A stretch of 64,000 nucleotides of DNA. Origin: Macrostomum lignano. Lineage: Eukaryota. This document shows positions 1-12,637 of this stretch, piece after piece; position 1 is the first letter of the stretch, and the number at the start of each line of letters is the position of its first letter. The stretch lies in contig NIVC01002341.1 in the NCBI GenBank assembly GCA_002269645.1, positions 118,156 through 182,155 of the forward strand. The letters are read 5' to 3'. Both the position numbers and the translations under genes were made by a program. The notes under the pieces are model-generated. The model had not been told where the DNA came from. It did no database searches and was given only the letters and a program-made list of their open reading frames with translations.

Positions 1-352
1 CACTGATGCTCCATTACCTGATCTCACTGATCCTCCATTACCTGATCTCACTGATCCTCCATTACCTGATCTCACTGATGCTCCATTACTAGATTTCATT
101 GATACCTCATTACTTGATGTCACTGATGCTCCATTACTAGATTTCATTGATACCTCATTACTTGATGTCACTGATCCTCCATTACTAGATTTCATTAATA
201 CCCCATTACCTGATCTCACTGATGCTCCATTACTAGATTTCATTGATACCCCATTACCTGATGTCACTGATCCTCCATTACTAGATTTCATTGATACCTC
301 ATTACCAGGTCTCACTGATCCTCCACTCCATTACCAGATCTCACTGATCTAC
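1..352. repeat. Degenerate tandem repeat, ~24-bp core (cactgatgctccattacctgatct) with longer composite variants
   Basis: Recurring cactgat(g/c)ctccattac motif from base 1 to ~350. Confidence 0.85.
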
Positions 353-437
353 CAAATTAAAAGAAACATCACAAGATATGATTTTCTAGTTGTTTAAGGT
401 TTATTAAAGTATTTCAAACTCATCATTGCGCTAACTT

Positions 438-2906
438 ATGCCAAGGCTCAAACGGAACCGATTTCAGTTAATGATATCGTTAAAATTCCGGCGGTACCTT
501 GTCATAGCAATCTGTCTGCTATGCACCGCGGCATGCTATGTTTTTTACAAATGGATGGATTTTGGTAAGTCCGATAAATTCCATCTTGCTTACTTAATAC
601 TGTTGCAAACATTCCAAATTGCTGTCTATAATAACTGGTTTTCATCCCGCAGACGCCAACCCTATCAGACATTATTTGGCATACGACTACTATTTCGGTA
701 GTCCCTTGATGAGCTCGTCCTATTCGCAAGTAAATGTTAGTTCATCGGTACATACTGCTACAGAGGCTAGCAGTCCCAGTCCGCAAACTGTGTTCTCACT
801 AGGAGGCAAGCCTGTATTGGTTCTGTTTTCAGCTAGATTCGATTTCCAGCTTGGTTTGATAGTACTTGTTGGCTATTTCAACAATAGATTATCGAAACAG
901 CCGCCTCGCGTCACCTGTAGACTCAGTTCCTTGAAGTCATCAACGAACTTGGATGCAAGACCATGGCAACAAGCTGTTGGTTACTCAATGCACGAAGGTC
1001 ATTATATGCCATACGATGGTGTGCTGTACTTCTGTCCAGTTGTACCAACAGAGTCGTCTTATCTTGTAGAAGTGAACGGTGTCGATGTATCCAACAGGGC
1101 ATCTGGCAAGATTAAACTGCCTGTACATGTTGCTGAGTCATCGAAACCGGCAGATAAAGTTGCCGCTTGTATCACAGCCCTGCGCTATTTACCCAGCGAG
1201 GAGAGCGAAAATCAGTTTATAATGCGTCTAGTGGAATTCATTGAGGTCAATAGACTGCTGGGTGTTGAGCATTTCTACTTCTACAATATGAGTCTGCCTA
1301 GTAAAATTAGTGCAGTGATGAAGCACTATATCGGTATTGGCTGGATCACGGTGACCCCGTGGTCCTTGGCGGAGGGAATTGATTTAGACAAGGACATTCA
1401 CTATTATGGCCAGATGGTTATTCTCAACGATTGCTTGTACTCTGCCCGAGACAGATACAGACTGTTGACGTTCATTGACATTGACGAAATGTTAGTGCCA
1501 ACTAATAGCAAAGGCGAGGCTATTAATCTGGTTAAAGCGGCACAGTTGCACTCACTAGATGATCGAGGCGGTAACTGTGCTCTGGGATTTCGTCACGGCG
1601 TGTTTCCTCCATCGCCGAAGCAGGAGAAAAGTGGCGAAATTAAAATGCCGACCTCGCTTATTGGCTGCAAGGTACGCGGTTGCGCATTTGACTTTTCTTT
1701 CAGCGGTTATTTTAAACGCCATTTCAAAATGGTAAACTCTCCTATAGACAAAGCAGACTACTCAAGTAGAGGGGCGGGAAAGGGGCGAAAAAATACATTA
1801 CGAAGATAGGAGGTTTATCCTCCTATGATAGGAGGTGTATCCTAATTGTCTAAACGAAAATCTTAATGAATATCGATAGAGCTATAAGAAAGGTTCGCCA
1901 TATCAAAAGATGAACATTGAGTCTGCCTTCTATCAAAAGCAAGAGTTTAGAGTTTTGCTCTAGCGAAAGGTAACAAACAAGACTGCTCTAGAGATGGAAT
2001 GCGACTTTCCGTTGAAACAAGCTTAGGGGCGTCGCCACCGGGGGGAGGGGGTTGGACAGGGGGACATGTCCTCCAGTAAAAGATATGAGGGGCATACCAA
2101 TGCTGTGTCCCCTCCACCCCAACTTTGTGTTCCGTTATGGAAATTAGTAATTTTGCTTCAGGGCGACAAAATATAGCACCTGCAACGCTAAAATGAGTGT
2201 CTGCGGCGCCAAAAATGAGTTCCTGCGGCGCTAAAATGAGTGCCTGGGCGCTAAAATGAGTGCCTGCGGCGCCAAAATGAGTGCCTGTGGCGCTAAAATG
2301 AGTGCCTGCGGCGCTAAAATGAGTGCCTGGGCGCTAAAATGAGTGCCTGCGGCGCCAAAATGAGTGCCTGTGGCGCTAAAATGAGTGCCTGCGGCTCTAA
2401 AATGAGTGCCTGTGGCGCTAAAATGAGCGCTGAACGCTTACAACCGATTCTAAAAATGATATTTACGTGTAAATGTAGAATTCTTGACTTTGTCCCCCAC
2501 CATAAAATCCATGGCGACGCCCCTGTACAAGCCGTTTATCATCATTCCACTAAAACTAGCTGTTAAGTACAGCCCCCCCCCCTTAACTCTTCAACAGATT
2601 GTCAGCTTATTGCGCAGGCGACGCATCAAATCTATTCTACCATTCACTGAGCGTAGCAAACTACTCGTAGTAGCTCGTCAGATCAAAGAGATTGGCATAC
2701 ATTTTGTGTGGAACTCGTGGCAGAGCTGCCAAACTAAACAGCTGAGCCCCAGTAGCGAAGGCTTGCTGCATCACTATCGACACTGGGCAGCTGGTGAAAT
2801 GATTGAGGATCAATCGATGAAGTGGCTTCAACGGGACATTGAGACTGCGTTAATCGGCGCTAGAGACCGCTTGAAACACCTGTTCGGTATTGATCTCTGT
2901 GCTTAA
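438..2906 (+). CDS. Glycosyltransferase family 92 (DUF23; GALT-1-like beta-1,4-galactosyltransferase), type II membrane protein, 3 exons, ~484 aa
   Basis: Model join(438..564,653..1671,2598..2906) with matching phases (1,0) and canonical gtaagt/cccgcag and gtacgc/caacag sites. It has an N-terminal signal anchor (YLVIAICLLCTAACYVFY). GT92 hallmarks are EFIEVNRLLGVEHFYFYN, YYGQMVILNDCLY, the DxD motif FIDIDE and a C-terminal RSKLLV..IGIHFVW..LHHYR. Confidence 0.88.
2024..2525. mobile_element. Non-autonomous hAT-like MITE with an internal 21-bp minisatellite, in GT92 intron 2
   Basis: Terminal inverted repeats (t)aggggcgtcgcca 2024-2037 and tggcgacgcccct(g) 2512-2525. The flanks aacaagct and tacaagcc match at 6/8, like an 8-bp TSD. 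An internal array of gctaaaatgagtgcctgcggc runs ~2185-2430. Confidence 0.7.
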
Positions 2907-3443
2907 ACTTGCTAATTGATTTGGGTTTAATGCAGTTCGTGTGCATTTTTTTCAAAACCGGCAATCTTAAATCAATTTTTTTGCCGTAAGTGTTTAAACG
3001 CGTGTTGTTGCGCTGTATTCCAGGTCAATTTTTCTTTCTAGCACTGTAATGGCTTCGCTTAATTTTCTGTCTGGCTTTATCGACCTGCATGTAGCGGCAC
3101 AATAGCATGAATAATTCTTATCTTTTATGAAAAATATATGCCTGCAGATTTACGTTTCCCAAAGATTAATTCTAAATAATCTTCGAAAGCTTGTTTTGCG
3201 CGAAAAATACGTTTACAGAGATTTATAGACTTAATTTATTTATTGTTGTCTAACACGAAAATAGTAATCTCTTTTTGGCTCTTTTAGAAAGTGTGCAAAA
3301 TTATTAAAAAAATGAATAGAGGAATAATACAGGCTACAGGCATTTTTGTAAGTTCTATAATACGAAGGAGTTAAAAAAAGACAGTATTTAGAAGGTTGTT
3401 TCAACAAGTGCTCTCGTTTCAGTTTCCAAGAAGTTAAATTATT

Positions 3444-6050
3444 TTAATTTATTATAACAAAGATTAAAGCCGTTAGCGAACCTGTGAGGACTTTTGACGC
3501 AAATTCGAACGCGGCGTCGCTACGAGTACTGCAATAGGCCAAGTTGGTTGAAGAATATGTGTAGGACAGTTTCTCAGCGTCCAGACTGCTTAAGTTGTTC
3601 CTTTCGTCAATTAAGCTTCCATTTTTCATCAGCAGGGTTTTTGAACCGCTGAGGCAGGAAAAGTAGTGCGACTGGTAGTGCATCACTGAGCCATAGTCGT
3701 ATCGCGGATAGTCGTTTGTAAGTTTGTACGAGGTCTTCAGAAAATTGTTGCATTCCTGCTCATTTTAAAATTAAAATTTTCTAAGAAACGTACATGTAGT
3801 TTTCCATCTCCGCAACATTGAAAATTCAACACGCACCATTTGCGTCAGTAAGAAACTTCTAGCTGTGAATGTGGAGGAAAGTTCCTTTGGGCTGAGTTGT
3901 GAGTTCTCGTGAAGGACACATTCATCGTTGCTATAAGGACTTTTTTGAATTGCACATTTTAATCCAAATGTTTTCATTATTTTTGCGTTACACCCTATTA
4001 TGCTCAGCGTGATACATGATTACGTAGTTAATCCCCCGGTCCAGTGTCAAGTGCAACTTGTGCAACTTGCAAGGGCGATCCGAGAGAAGTCGCTTTACTG
4101 GCTCAAGCTGGTGCATGGCGACTTTTCAATGCTTCTGAGTATATACAGATCAGCTACACATGTTCTGCTCAGTGGTGGCTCAGACAAAAACATTGCGACT
4201 CACGTCACTATCAATATGTTGTTCCACAGCACCGTGACAAAGCTGTCCCTATCCGGTCGAGACTGTTCGTGATAGAAGCCCAGGGCGTGCATGAACTCGT
4301 GCTGGATGATGCTCTCCAGCATGCAGTTGGGTACCTGCAGGGACAGAGCCTGACTATAACTACTGCTGCTGCTCTGCCGGCCAACATAGGAATAACACCC
4401 GACATCGTCGATAACTTCAACGTGCTGCACGTCAATAAAATAGTTGGACTCGACAAAGGTGACCAGCTGCTGATTGCTGCTGGCCGAACTGATTCTGGCT
4501 GCCAATCGGGAAAGCGACAATCGAACCATGTCGCGATAGGAGCTGGGAAAGCCCAGGCCGAACCGGTAGTAGAGACGGCCTTCGGGCCACAGGCGGCGAC
4601 AGCTGAGGTAGGAGCTTGACGGCAAACTGTTGCTGCTACTGCTGCTGGCTTGATCAGAGCTGGACCCGTCAGATCGAACAGGCGCTGTTGGCGCCTGCAA
4701 GTCCTCGATGGGGATCAGCATGTCGTCGATTTGAATGACGACTCCTGTGCTGGAGTTCTGCTTGTTAGAGCTGTTGGTCGTGCTTGCGTTATTGATGACG
4801 AGAGACGAGAGGCTGGAAGTCTGCATATTTTAGTATGGACGGATACGAGCGACGGAGTTTTTTGGAAAATCTTAGGCCGAGTCGTCCTCTTCTGCATGAT
4901 AGCAGAAACACCACAGATTGATGAAAACCTGCGTTGTGTTCTTTATAAAACTAGTCGCTTTTGGTACAGTTTACAGTTTAATGTATGTCATATGGTACTT
5001 GTACATTTGTGCACCTTCATGCAAATATTCCTGTAGTGCTTTACAGTTAAATTAAATATTTTTTGAATTGCTTCTCATCTGTATACCAAATTACATTTAG
5101 ACCTAGCTAGTTATTATAAAGTCGCTAAATACACAAGCAGCTACAAAGGAGAAATTGATCCGTGTGTCGTGGTGGGCGCCCCTGTCTCTTAGTGGGCGCC
5201 CCTGTCTCTTGGTGGGCGCCCCTGTCTCTTGGTGGGCGCTCTTGTCTCTTGGTGGGCGCCCCTGTCTCTTGGTGGGCGCTCTTGTCTCTTGGTGGGCGCC
5301 CCTGTCTCTTGGTGGGCGCCCCTGTCTCTTGGTGGGCGCCCCTGTCTCTTGGTGGGCGCTCTTGTCTCTTGGTGGGCGCCCCTGTCTCTTGGTGGGCGCT
5401 CTTATTGTCTCTTGGTGGGCGCCCCTGTCTCTTGGTGGGCGCTCTTGTCTCTTGGTGGGCGCCCCTGTCTCTTGGTGGGCGCTCTTATTGTCTCTTGGTG
5501 GGCGCCCCTGTCTCTTGGTGGGCGCTCTTGTCTCTTGGTGGGCGCCCCTGTCTCTTGGTGGGCGCCCCTGTCTCTTGGTGGGCGCCTCTGTCTCTTGGTG
5601 AGCGCCCCTGTCTCTTGGTGGGCGCCCCTGTCTCTTGGTGAGCGCCCCTGTCTCTTGGTGGCCGCCTCAATCTTTTGGTGGGCGCGCCTGTCTCTTGGTG
5701 GGCGCCCCTGTCTCTTGGTGGGCGCCCCTGTCTCTTGGTGGGTGCCCCTGTCTCTTGGTGGGTGCCCCTGTCTCTTGGTGGGCGCCCCTGTCTCAATTGA
5801 TCTTGGTTGTCTAAGTGTAAGGTAACCTCTCGATCATTTTCGTTTTTGAGGCGAGCCGGGGGGTGGGGTCAACGCCCCCCCCCCGTGTACAGTAGATTGG
5901 TTTATAAGCTTTTCTAATACTAAAGCAACTGTAGCAGACAAGTCTACCCAAATAGGAATACACATATCTCACCTGAGAGCAGCCGCAAGCTGCCTGTATA
6001 AGCAGGACCCGACTGCTCAGAAGTAGGAAAAGTGCTGCTATTAGCTGCAT
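3444..6050 (-). CDS. Astacin-family (M12A) zinc metalloprotease, secreted prepro-enzyme, 3 exons, ~333 aa
   Basis: Model complement(join(3444..3755,~4209..4820,5973..6050)). Exon 1 is a signal peptide (MQLIAALFLLLSSRVLLIQA). The zinc motif is HEFMHALGFYHEQSRPDRD, with GCYSYVGR and the Met-turn YDYGSVMHY. The exon 2 donor is uncertain: the phase-0 gtgacg fits, while the stronger gtgagt 5 nt later is out of phase. Confidence 0.88.
5165..5793. repeat. 20-bp minisatellite (gtctcttggtgggcgcccct)n in astacin intron 1
   Basis: About 30 direct copies; explains the spurious LLVGAPVSWW ORFs. Confidence 0.95.
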
Positions 6051-6513
6051 GACGGCTTGACGAACTCACCTTACTCGGCAAAATAAAATTGCCTACTATA
6101 AACTCTCAACCAACTTTACCGTATATATACAAAGCAAAGGTCCGCCCGAGCATCATGCAAGGATAATAAAACTGTGCTGACTGGAATTCGGTTTTATATT
6201 ATCTACTGTATAACCATCGTTGTGTGACAAAAATGGCTACATTTTTTATAAACGAGCAGCATTGCATTCATTTCTAGTTTTATTGCTTCTCTGCACCTGA
6301 GAACAATTAATTCCTCGAATGCTAAGCAGTAAAGATTTACTGAATTTTTTATTGGCTGAGAATTGTGGTTGCTTTTTATTGCAGGACCCAAATGCAAACA
6401 AATGTATGCAATAAATAGCCCCATCCTTCTCGTATAATATATGGCCTTCCGAAATACTTTTCACGGTTATAAAACGCTGCATCTCAGATGAATTAAATTG
6501 CCTAGTTGAAAAA

Positions 6514-8860
6514 GATGGCCATTCTCACTCGCCTCATTTGAGTAGCTGCATGGCCATTCTCACTCGCCTCATTTGAGTAGCTGCATGGCCATTCTCACTC
6601 GCCTCATTTGAGTAGCTGCATGGCCATTCTCACTCGCCTCATTTGAGTAGCTGCATTGCCATTCTCACTCGCCTCATTTGAGTAGCTGCATGGCCATTCT
6701 CACTCGCCTCATTTGAGTAGCTGCATGGCCATTCTCACTCGCCTCATTTGAGTAGCTGCATGGCCATTCTCACTCGCCTCATTTGAGTAGCTGCATGGCC
6801 ATTCTCACTCGCCTCATTTGAGTAGCTGCATGGCCATTCTCACTCGCCTCATTTGAGTAGCTGCATGGCCATTCTCACTCGCCTCATTTGAGTAGCTGCA
6901 TGGCCATTCTCACTCGCCTCATTTGAGTAGCTGCATGGCCATTCTCACTCGCCTCATTTGAGTAGCTGCATGGCCATTCTCACTCGCCTCATTTGAGTAG
7001 CTGCATGGCCATTCTCACTCGCCTCATTTGAGTAGCTGCATGGCCATTCTCACTCGCCTCATTTGAGTAGCTGCATGGCCATTCTCACTCGCCTCATTTG
7101 AGTAGCTGCATGGCCATTCTCACTCGCCTCATTTGAGTAGCTGCATGGCCATTCTCACTCGCCTCATTTGAGTAGCTGCATGGCCATTCTCACTCGCCTC
7201 ATTTGAGTAGCTGCATGGCCATTCTCACTCGCCTCATTTGAGTAGCTGCATGGCCATTCTCACTCGCCTCATTTGAGTAGCTGCATGGCCATTCTCACTC
7301 GCCTCATTTGGGTAGCTGCATGGCCATTCTCACTCGCCTCATTTGAGTAGCTGCATGGCCAATCTCATTTCATGGCCTCATTTGAGTAGCTGCATGGCCA
7401 ATCTCACTTCATGGCCTCATTTGAGTAGCTGCATGGCCAATCTCATTTTATGGCCTCATTTGAGTAGCTGCATGGCCAATCTCACTTCATGGCCTCATTT
7501 GAGTAGCTGCATGGCCAATCTCACTTCATGGCCTCATTTGAGTAGCTGCATGGCCAATCTCATTTTATGGCCTCATTTGAGTAGCTGCATGGCCAATCTC
7601 ACTTCATGGCCTCATTTGAGTAGCTGCATGGCCAATCTCACTTCATGGCCTCATTTGAGTAGCTGCATGGCCAATCTCACTTCATGGCCTCATTTGAGTA
7701 GCTGCATGGCCATTCTCACTCGCCTCATTTGAGTAGCTGCATGGCCATTCTCACTCGCCTCATTTGAGTAGCTGCATGGCCATTCTCACTCGCCTCATTT
7801 GAGTAGCTGCATGGCCATTCTCACTCGCCTCATTTGGGTAGCTGCATGGCCATTCTCACTCGCCTCATTTGAGTAGCTGCATGGCCAATCTCATTTCATG
7901 GCCTCATTTGAGTAGCTGCATGGCCAATCTCACTTCATGGCCTCATTTGAGTAGCTGCATGGCCAATCTCATTTTATGGCCTCATTTGAGTAGCTGCATG
8001 GCCAATCTCACTTCATGGCCTCATTTGAGTAGCTGCATGGCCAATCTCACTTCATGGCCTCATTTGAGTAGCTGCATGGCCAATCTCATTTTATGGCCTC
8101 ATTTGAGTAGCTGCATGGCCAATCTCACTTCATGGCCTCATTTGAGTAGCTGCATGGCCAATCTCACTTCATGGCCTCATTTGAGTAGCTGCATGGCCAA
8201 TCTCACTTCATGGCCTCATTTGAGTAGCTGCATGGCCAATCTCACTTCATGGCCTCATTTGAGTAGCTGCATGGCCAATCTCACTTCATGGCCTCATTTG
8301 AGTAGCTGCATGGCCAATCTCATTTGAGTAGCTGCATGGCCAATCTCATTTCATGGCCTCATTTGAGTAGCTGCATGGCCAATCTCACTTCATGGCCTCA
8401 TTTGAGTAGCTGCATGGCCAATCTCACTTCATGGCCTCATTTGAGTAGCTGCATGGCCAATCTCACTTCATGGCCTCATTTGAGTAGCTGCATGGCCAAT
8501 CTCACTTCATGGCCTCAGTTGAGTAGCTGCATGGCCAATCTCATTTCATGGCCTCATTTGAGTAGCTGCATGGCCAATCTCATTTCATGGCCTCATTTGA
8601 GTAGCTGCATGGCCAATCTCACTTCATGGCCTCATTTGAGTAGCTGCATGGCGAATCTCATTTCATGGCCTCATTTGAGTAGCTGCATGGCCAATCTCAT
8701 TTCATGGCCTCATTTGAGTAGCTGCATGGCCAATCTCACTTCATGGCCTCATTTGAGTAGCTGCATGGCCTCATTTGAGTAGTTGCATGGCCAATCTCAC
8801 TTCATGGCCTCATTTGAGTAGCTGCATGGCCAATCTCACTTTATGGCCTCATTTGAGTAG
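6514..8860. repeat. Satellite with 35-bp and 39-bp variant units and higher-order structure
   Basis: A homogeneous 35-mer (gcatggccattctcactcgcctcatttgagtagct) runs to ~7340, followed by blocks of a 39-mer (gcatggccaatctcacttcatggcctcatttgagtagct). Confidence 0.95.
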
Positions 8861-9273
8861 ATGGCGATTCTTACTGGCAAAAGTACACACACAAATTTTC
8901 AGATGCAGATTATGGATTAGTGAAGGAAGATAAAAAAAATTAAATTTCACAATACAACAAGCTAACAAAAGCGAACAGTTAACTAACACGGTAAAACACT
9001 GAGAATGAAAGATTATATATTTCCATAGTTGAACAAAAATGTCACAGCTAAATGTGCCAGCTAACAGATTATTTCAAAGGACGGAATCTGTTTATAATAA
9101 ATTAACAGAGGAATTTGTGCGACAAAAAACGAGGACAAAGACAAGGACAAAGACAATTCTAGGTGAAAGTGAAACCTCTGACAGACAGCCAGATGATAAG
9201 CATAAAGAGATTATTGACTTAAAAAAACAGCCAAGTTGATCCTCAGAGCCACTCTCTGATCGCAAGGGCTTGT

Positions 9274-12200
9274 TCACTTCCTAGCAAACACTCGAATTTC
9301 GTTGCTCTCGAAAGCCACGGTTAGCAGGCGCCGGTCTGACTGCAGGAAAGCGCAGCCTTGAAGCATCTGATTTGGCACCACTGTGCAGCTGAGATGCTTG
9401 ATCTGAGAACAAAAGCACAAAACACGACTTCATTTTATTAGACGATTGGTTAACGCGTTTGACTTGTAATCGGATTGACCCGGGTTCGAGTCTCAGTAGG
9501 TCCGGGAAATATTTCTTAGCTAGATGGTATAGGAAATATTGAATCTGTGGGTACCTGGACTGGCTGTGTTAAAATTAAGATACGATTGCAAAATTGAAAT
9601 ACTACTAATAGTAGTTCGCAATTGTGATGTTTTCCGAAATTATCACTGCAAGCCAGTGTTTTGGGTAGCTTTTGATGAATGAAGTACATCGTCCGAAGAA
9701 ACGCCAGCTCACAGATTATTTCAAAGGACGGAATCTGTTTATAATAAACTAACAGAGGAATTTGTTAATTCCTCCCGTCTCGTGTTTTGTTTTCCAATTA
9801 GCCTCGTCCAGCGTCTATTTTGCTCACCCCGTAGCCTGTAAGTTTTTACCATAGACAGGTATTGTCTCATATTCATCTTATTCATTTTGATGTGAAGAGA
9901 TGAGACAAAGATATTGCAAGCATAGACATCTCTATGTGTTTTCTATAGACAAAAGGATTTGTCGTAGAACTGCCTCGGGATACTCATATTTTGGACCTCG
10001 GGTACAGGATCTTTTGTGACACCTGGTTTTGCTCGACACGACTCGCTTACTAGCTTCTCCAGAGACACTTTGAGTGGCACTGTGCGAGTACAACGCGTTC
10101 CCGCGGCTCTGAAGCAGCAGGTGCTGCGCCAACATTCTCTAGGCGTGGTGATCTGATTGCTGTGAAGATTGTGGATTAGTGAGCCTCTGGCCTAAACACC
10201 GTGTACATGCTAGACAGTGCTGGCTCGGCCAACTGTGTGCAAGTTACAAGGGTTCAGCGAGGCGGTCAGGAGCAGCAGCTGCTGAAGTCTCAGACAGCTC
10301 TAGACTACAACCAAAGGGAGGAGGGACAGGATGGACGCTACATGTAGCTGTGAGGCGTACAAGACAAGTACATGTAGAAGAACACAGAAGTGGCTTTTCA
10401 AGCTGGCCTCCTATCTCTTGTTGCAACTTGTTTGCAATTCCTTAATTACCTACTAGCACATCAAGTATCAATTTATCCGAATTTGAACCGCAGAACCTGC
10501 TGACAGAATCCGATTTTGACACGCGCTCAAAAGACCGCACCACTTGAGCAGACCACAAACGATACAACAGACAAGAAACGACCTCAAGACGACTGCAAGG
10601 GCCTTGCAGCTTCTGCCTCTCGAAGCAATGACGCAGTCCATGACGCCAACACAAGCGTCAATGCCTTCAATGACGCAGTCCATGACGCAAACACAAGCGT
10701 CAATGCCTTTATTGACGCAGTCCATGACGCCAACACAAGCGTCAATGCCTTCAATGACGCAGTCCATGACGCAAACACAAGCGTCAATGCCTTTATTGAC
10801 GCAGTCCATGACGCCAACACAAGCGTCAATGCCTTCAATGACGCAGTCCATGACGCCAACACAAGCGTCAATGCCTTCAATGACGCAGTCCATGACGCCA
10901 ACACAAGCGTCAATGCCTTCAATGACGCAGTCCATGACGCCAACACAAGCGTCAATGCCTTCAATGACGCAGTCCATGACGCCAACACAAGCGTCAATGC
11001 CTTCAATGACGCAGTCCATGACGCCAACACAAGCGTCAATGCCTTCAATGACGCAGTCCATGACGCCAACACAAGCGTCAATGCCTTCAATGACGCAGTC
11101 CATGATGCCAACACAAGCGTCAATGCCTTGAATGACGCAGTCCATGACGACGACACAAGCAAATTCAGGGCACATAAAACTTGTCGATACATATCGGGAA
11201 AATTGTCTTTGACTGATACTGCTTGCTTTACGTTCGAAAAGGCCAATGAAAGTAAACATCGAAACATATCGGTGAATAGATAGCCGGGATATTTGATTAA
11301 GCCACTAACCAGCAGGTTGCCACCCTCGTCAGACAGTTGCCAGGCGCGAAACGAGGTGTCCTCGCTGCAGGTGACCATCAGGCCGGTTTTGTCGCACACG
11401 TCCAAGCCGGTGATCAGGCGAGCGTGGGCGCCGATCTCTGCGACCAGCTGCGGTGAGGGGAAGCGAGGGAGAAAAAGATGGAAATCTGGAGAAGGATGAA
11501 GAGACGAGGGTGGCTTTTCCATAGCTAGTTTATCGTTCATACCTACCTTTGCCATAGAAAGTAAGAGAGAAGAGTAACACCCAGTTGCGATACCAGATAA
11601 TTGTAAGTAGATATATGGATAATAGTAGACACAGACAGACAGATAGACAGGCAGACACAGACAGACAGGCAGACACAGACAGACAGACACAGACAGGCAG
11701 ACACAGACAGGCAGACAGACAGACACAGACAGGCAGACACAGACAGACAGACACAGACACTCACCTCCATCCCTTTGCACTGGAAGGCCCTGAGGCCGCC
11801 GTCGCCGCAGCCAGCCAGCAGGAACTCGCCCTCGTTGAACAGGCCGAACGCGTTGACCGGCCAGCCGTCCTGGTTGCTGAGCACCCGCGACAGCAGCCGC
11901 ACCTTGCCGCCGCTGATCAGCCCGACGCAGACGGCACCGTCAGCGAATCCGGCGGCAAATCCGCCGGAGCCAATCGGCGACGCTTCCAAGGACGTCAGTG
12001 TGTTGACAGACGCAGCCGGACCGGAGCTGCCAGACGTCACGGCCTGGGTGCCCCGGTGCGACACTGGGGCGGCGCCCGGCGGACAGTCGAAGATCAGCAG
12101 CTCGCCGCTGGCAGTGCCGACGCAAAGCAGGCCGGCCTCGGCGAGCCCGCAGACTCCGCGCAGCGGCAGCGACTCGCTGGCTGCGGCGCCTTTCAGAGTG

Positions 12201-12499
12201 TGGCAGAGCAGCAGGGCTGTGCCATCGGCGTCGAAGAACTGAGCAGACCGGTGCGTGAGCAGCACCAGGAAGTGCCGGTCGCTGGCGGACACCAGGCAGC
12301 ACTGCAGTAGCGGAGCTGTGGAGCCAGCGGACGTGACACCGTCAGGTTGCGGAGCCACCTGCAAATTTTCATTGAGAGCTTGAAGCGATATCCGGCCCAA
12401 ACAGCCAGCACTGAGACAGTTCTGCCCACTCCGCCGACATGTACACTCTCTGTGCCTTGGTGGTTGGCCTTCATGGATTACTGACTGACTGACTGACTG

Positions 12500-12530
<31 letters not shown>

Positions 12531-12531
12531 G

Positions 12532-12562
<31 letters not shown>

Positions 12563-12591
12563 GACTAACTAACTAACTAACTAACTAACTG

Positions 12592-12637
<46 letters not shown>

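Noticed and set aside
4044-5036. Plus-strand ORFs 4044-4619 and 4650-5036
   Set aside because: Antisense shadows of astacin exon 2.
6514-7340. CRISPR-like array of 35-bp repeats
   Set aside because: The repeats are directly adjacent with no unique spacers, there are no cas genes, and the context is eukaryotic.
5155-8782. Long repeat ORFs (LLVGAPVSWW.., SSCMANLTSWPHL..)
   Set aside because: Translations of 20-bp and 39-bp minisatellites, open in several frames; one lies inside an intron.
9440-9505. Functional tRNA-Thr(UGU) gene
   Set aside because: The boxes are present but there is no pairing acceptor stem and the D-arm is poor; treated as SINE-derived.
10468-11283. 255-aa NDAVHDANTSVNAF ORF and overlapping ORFs
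   Set aside because: A 42-bp array within WDR54 intron 3, open in multiple frames on both strands.
11585-12310. Plus-strand ORFs overlapping WDR54 exon 2 (and similar shadows over the LEO1, ANKRD6 and DM9 exons)
   Set aside because: GC-rich antisense frames of real exons with no independent motifs.
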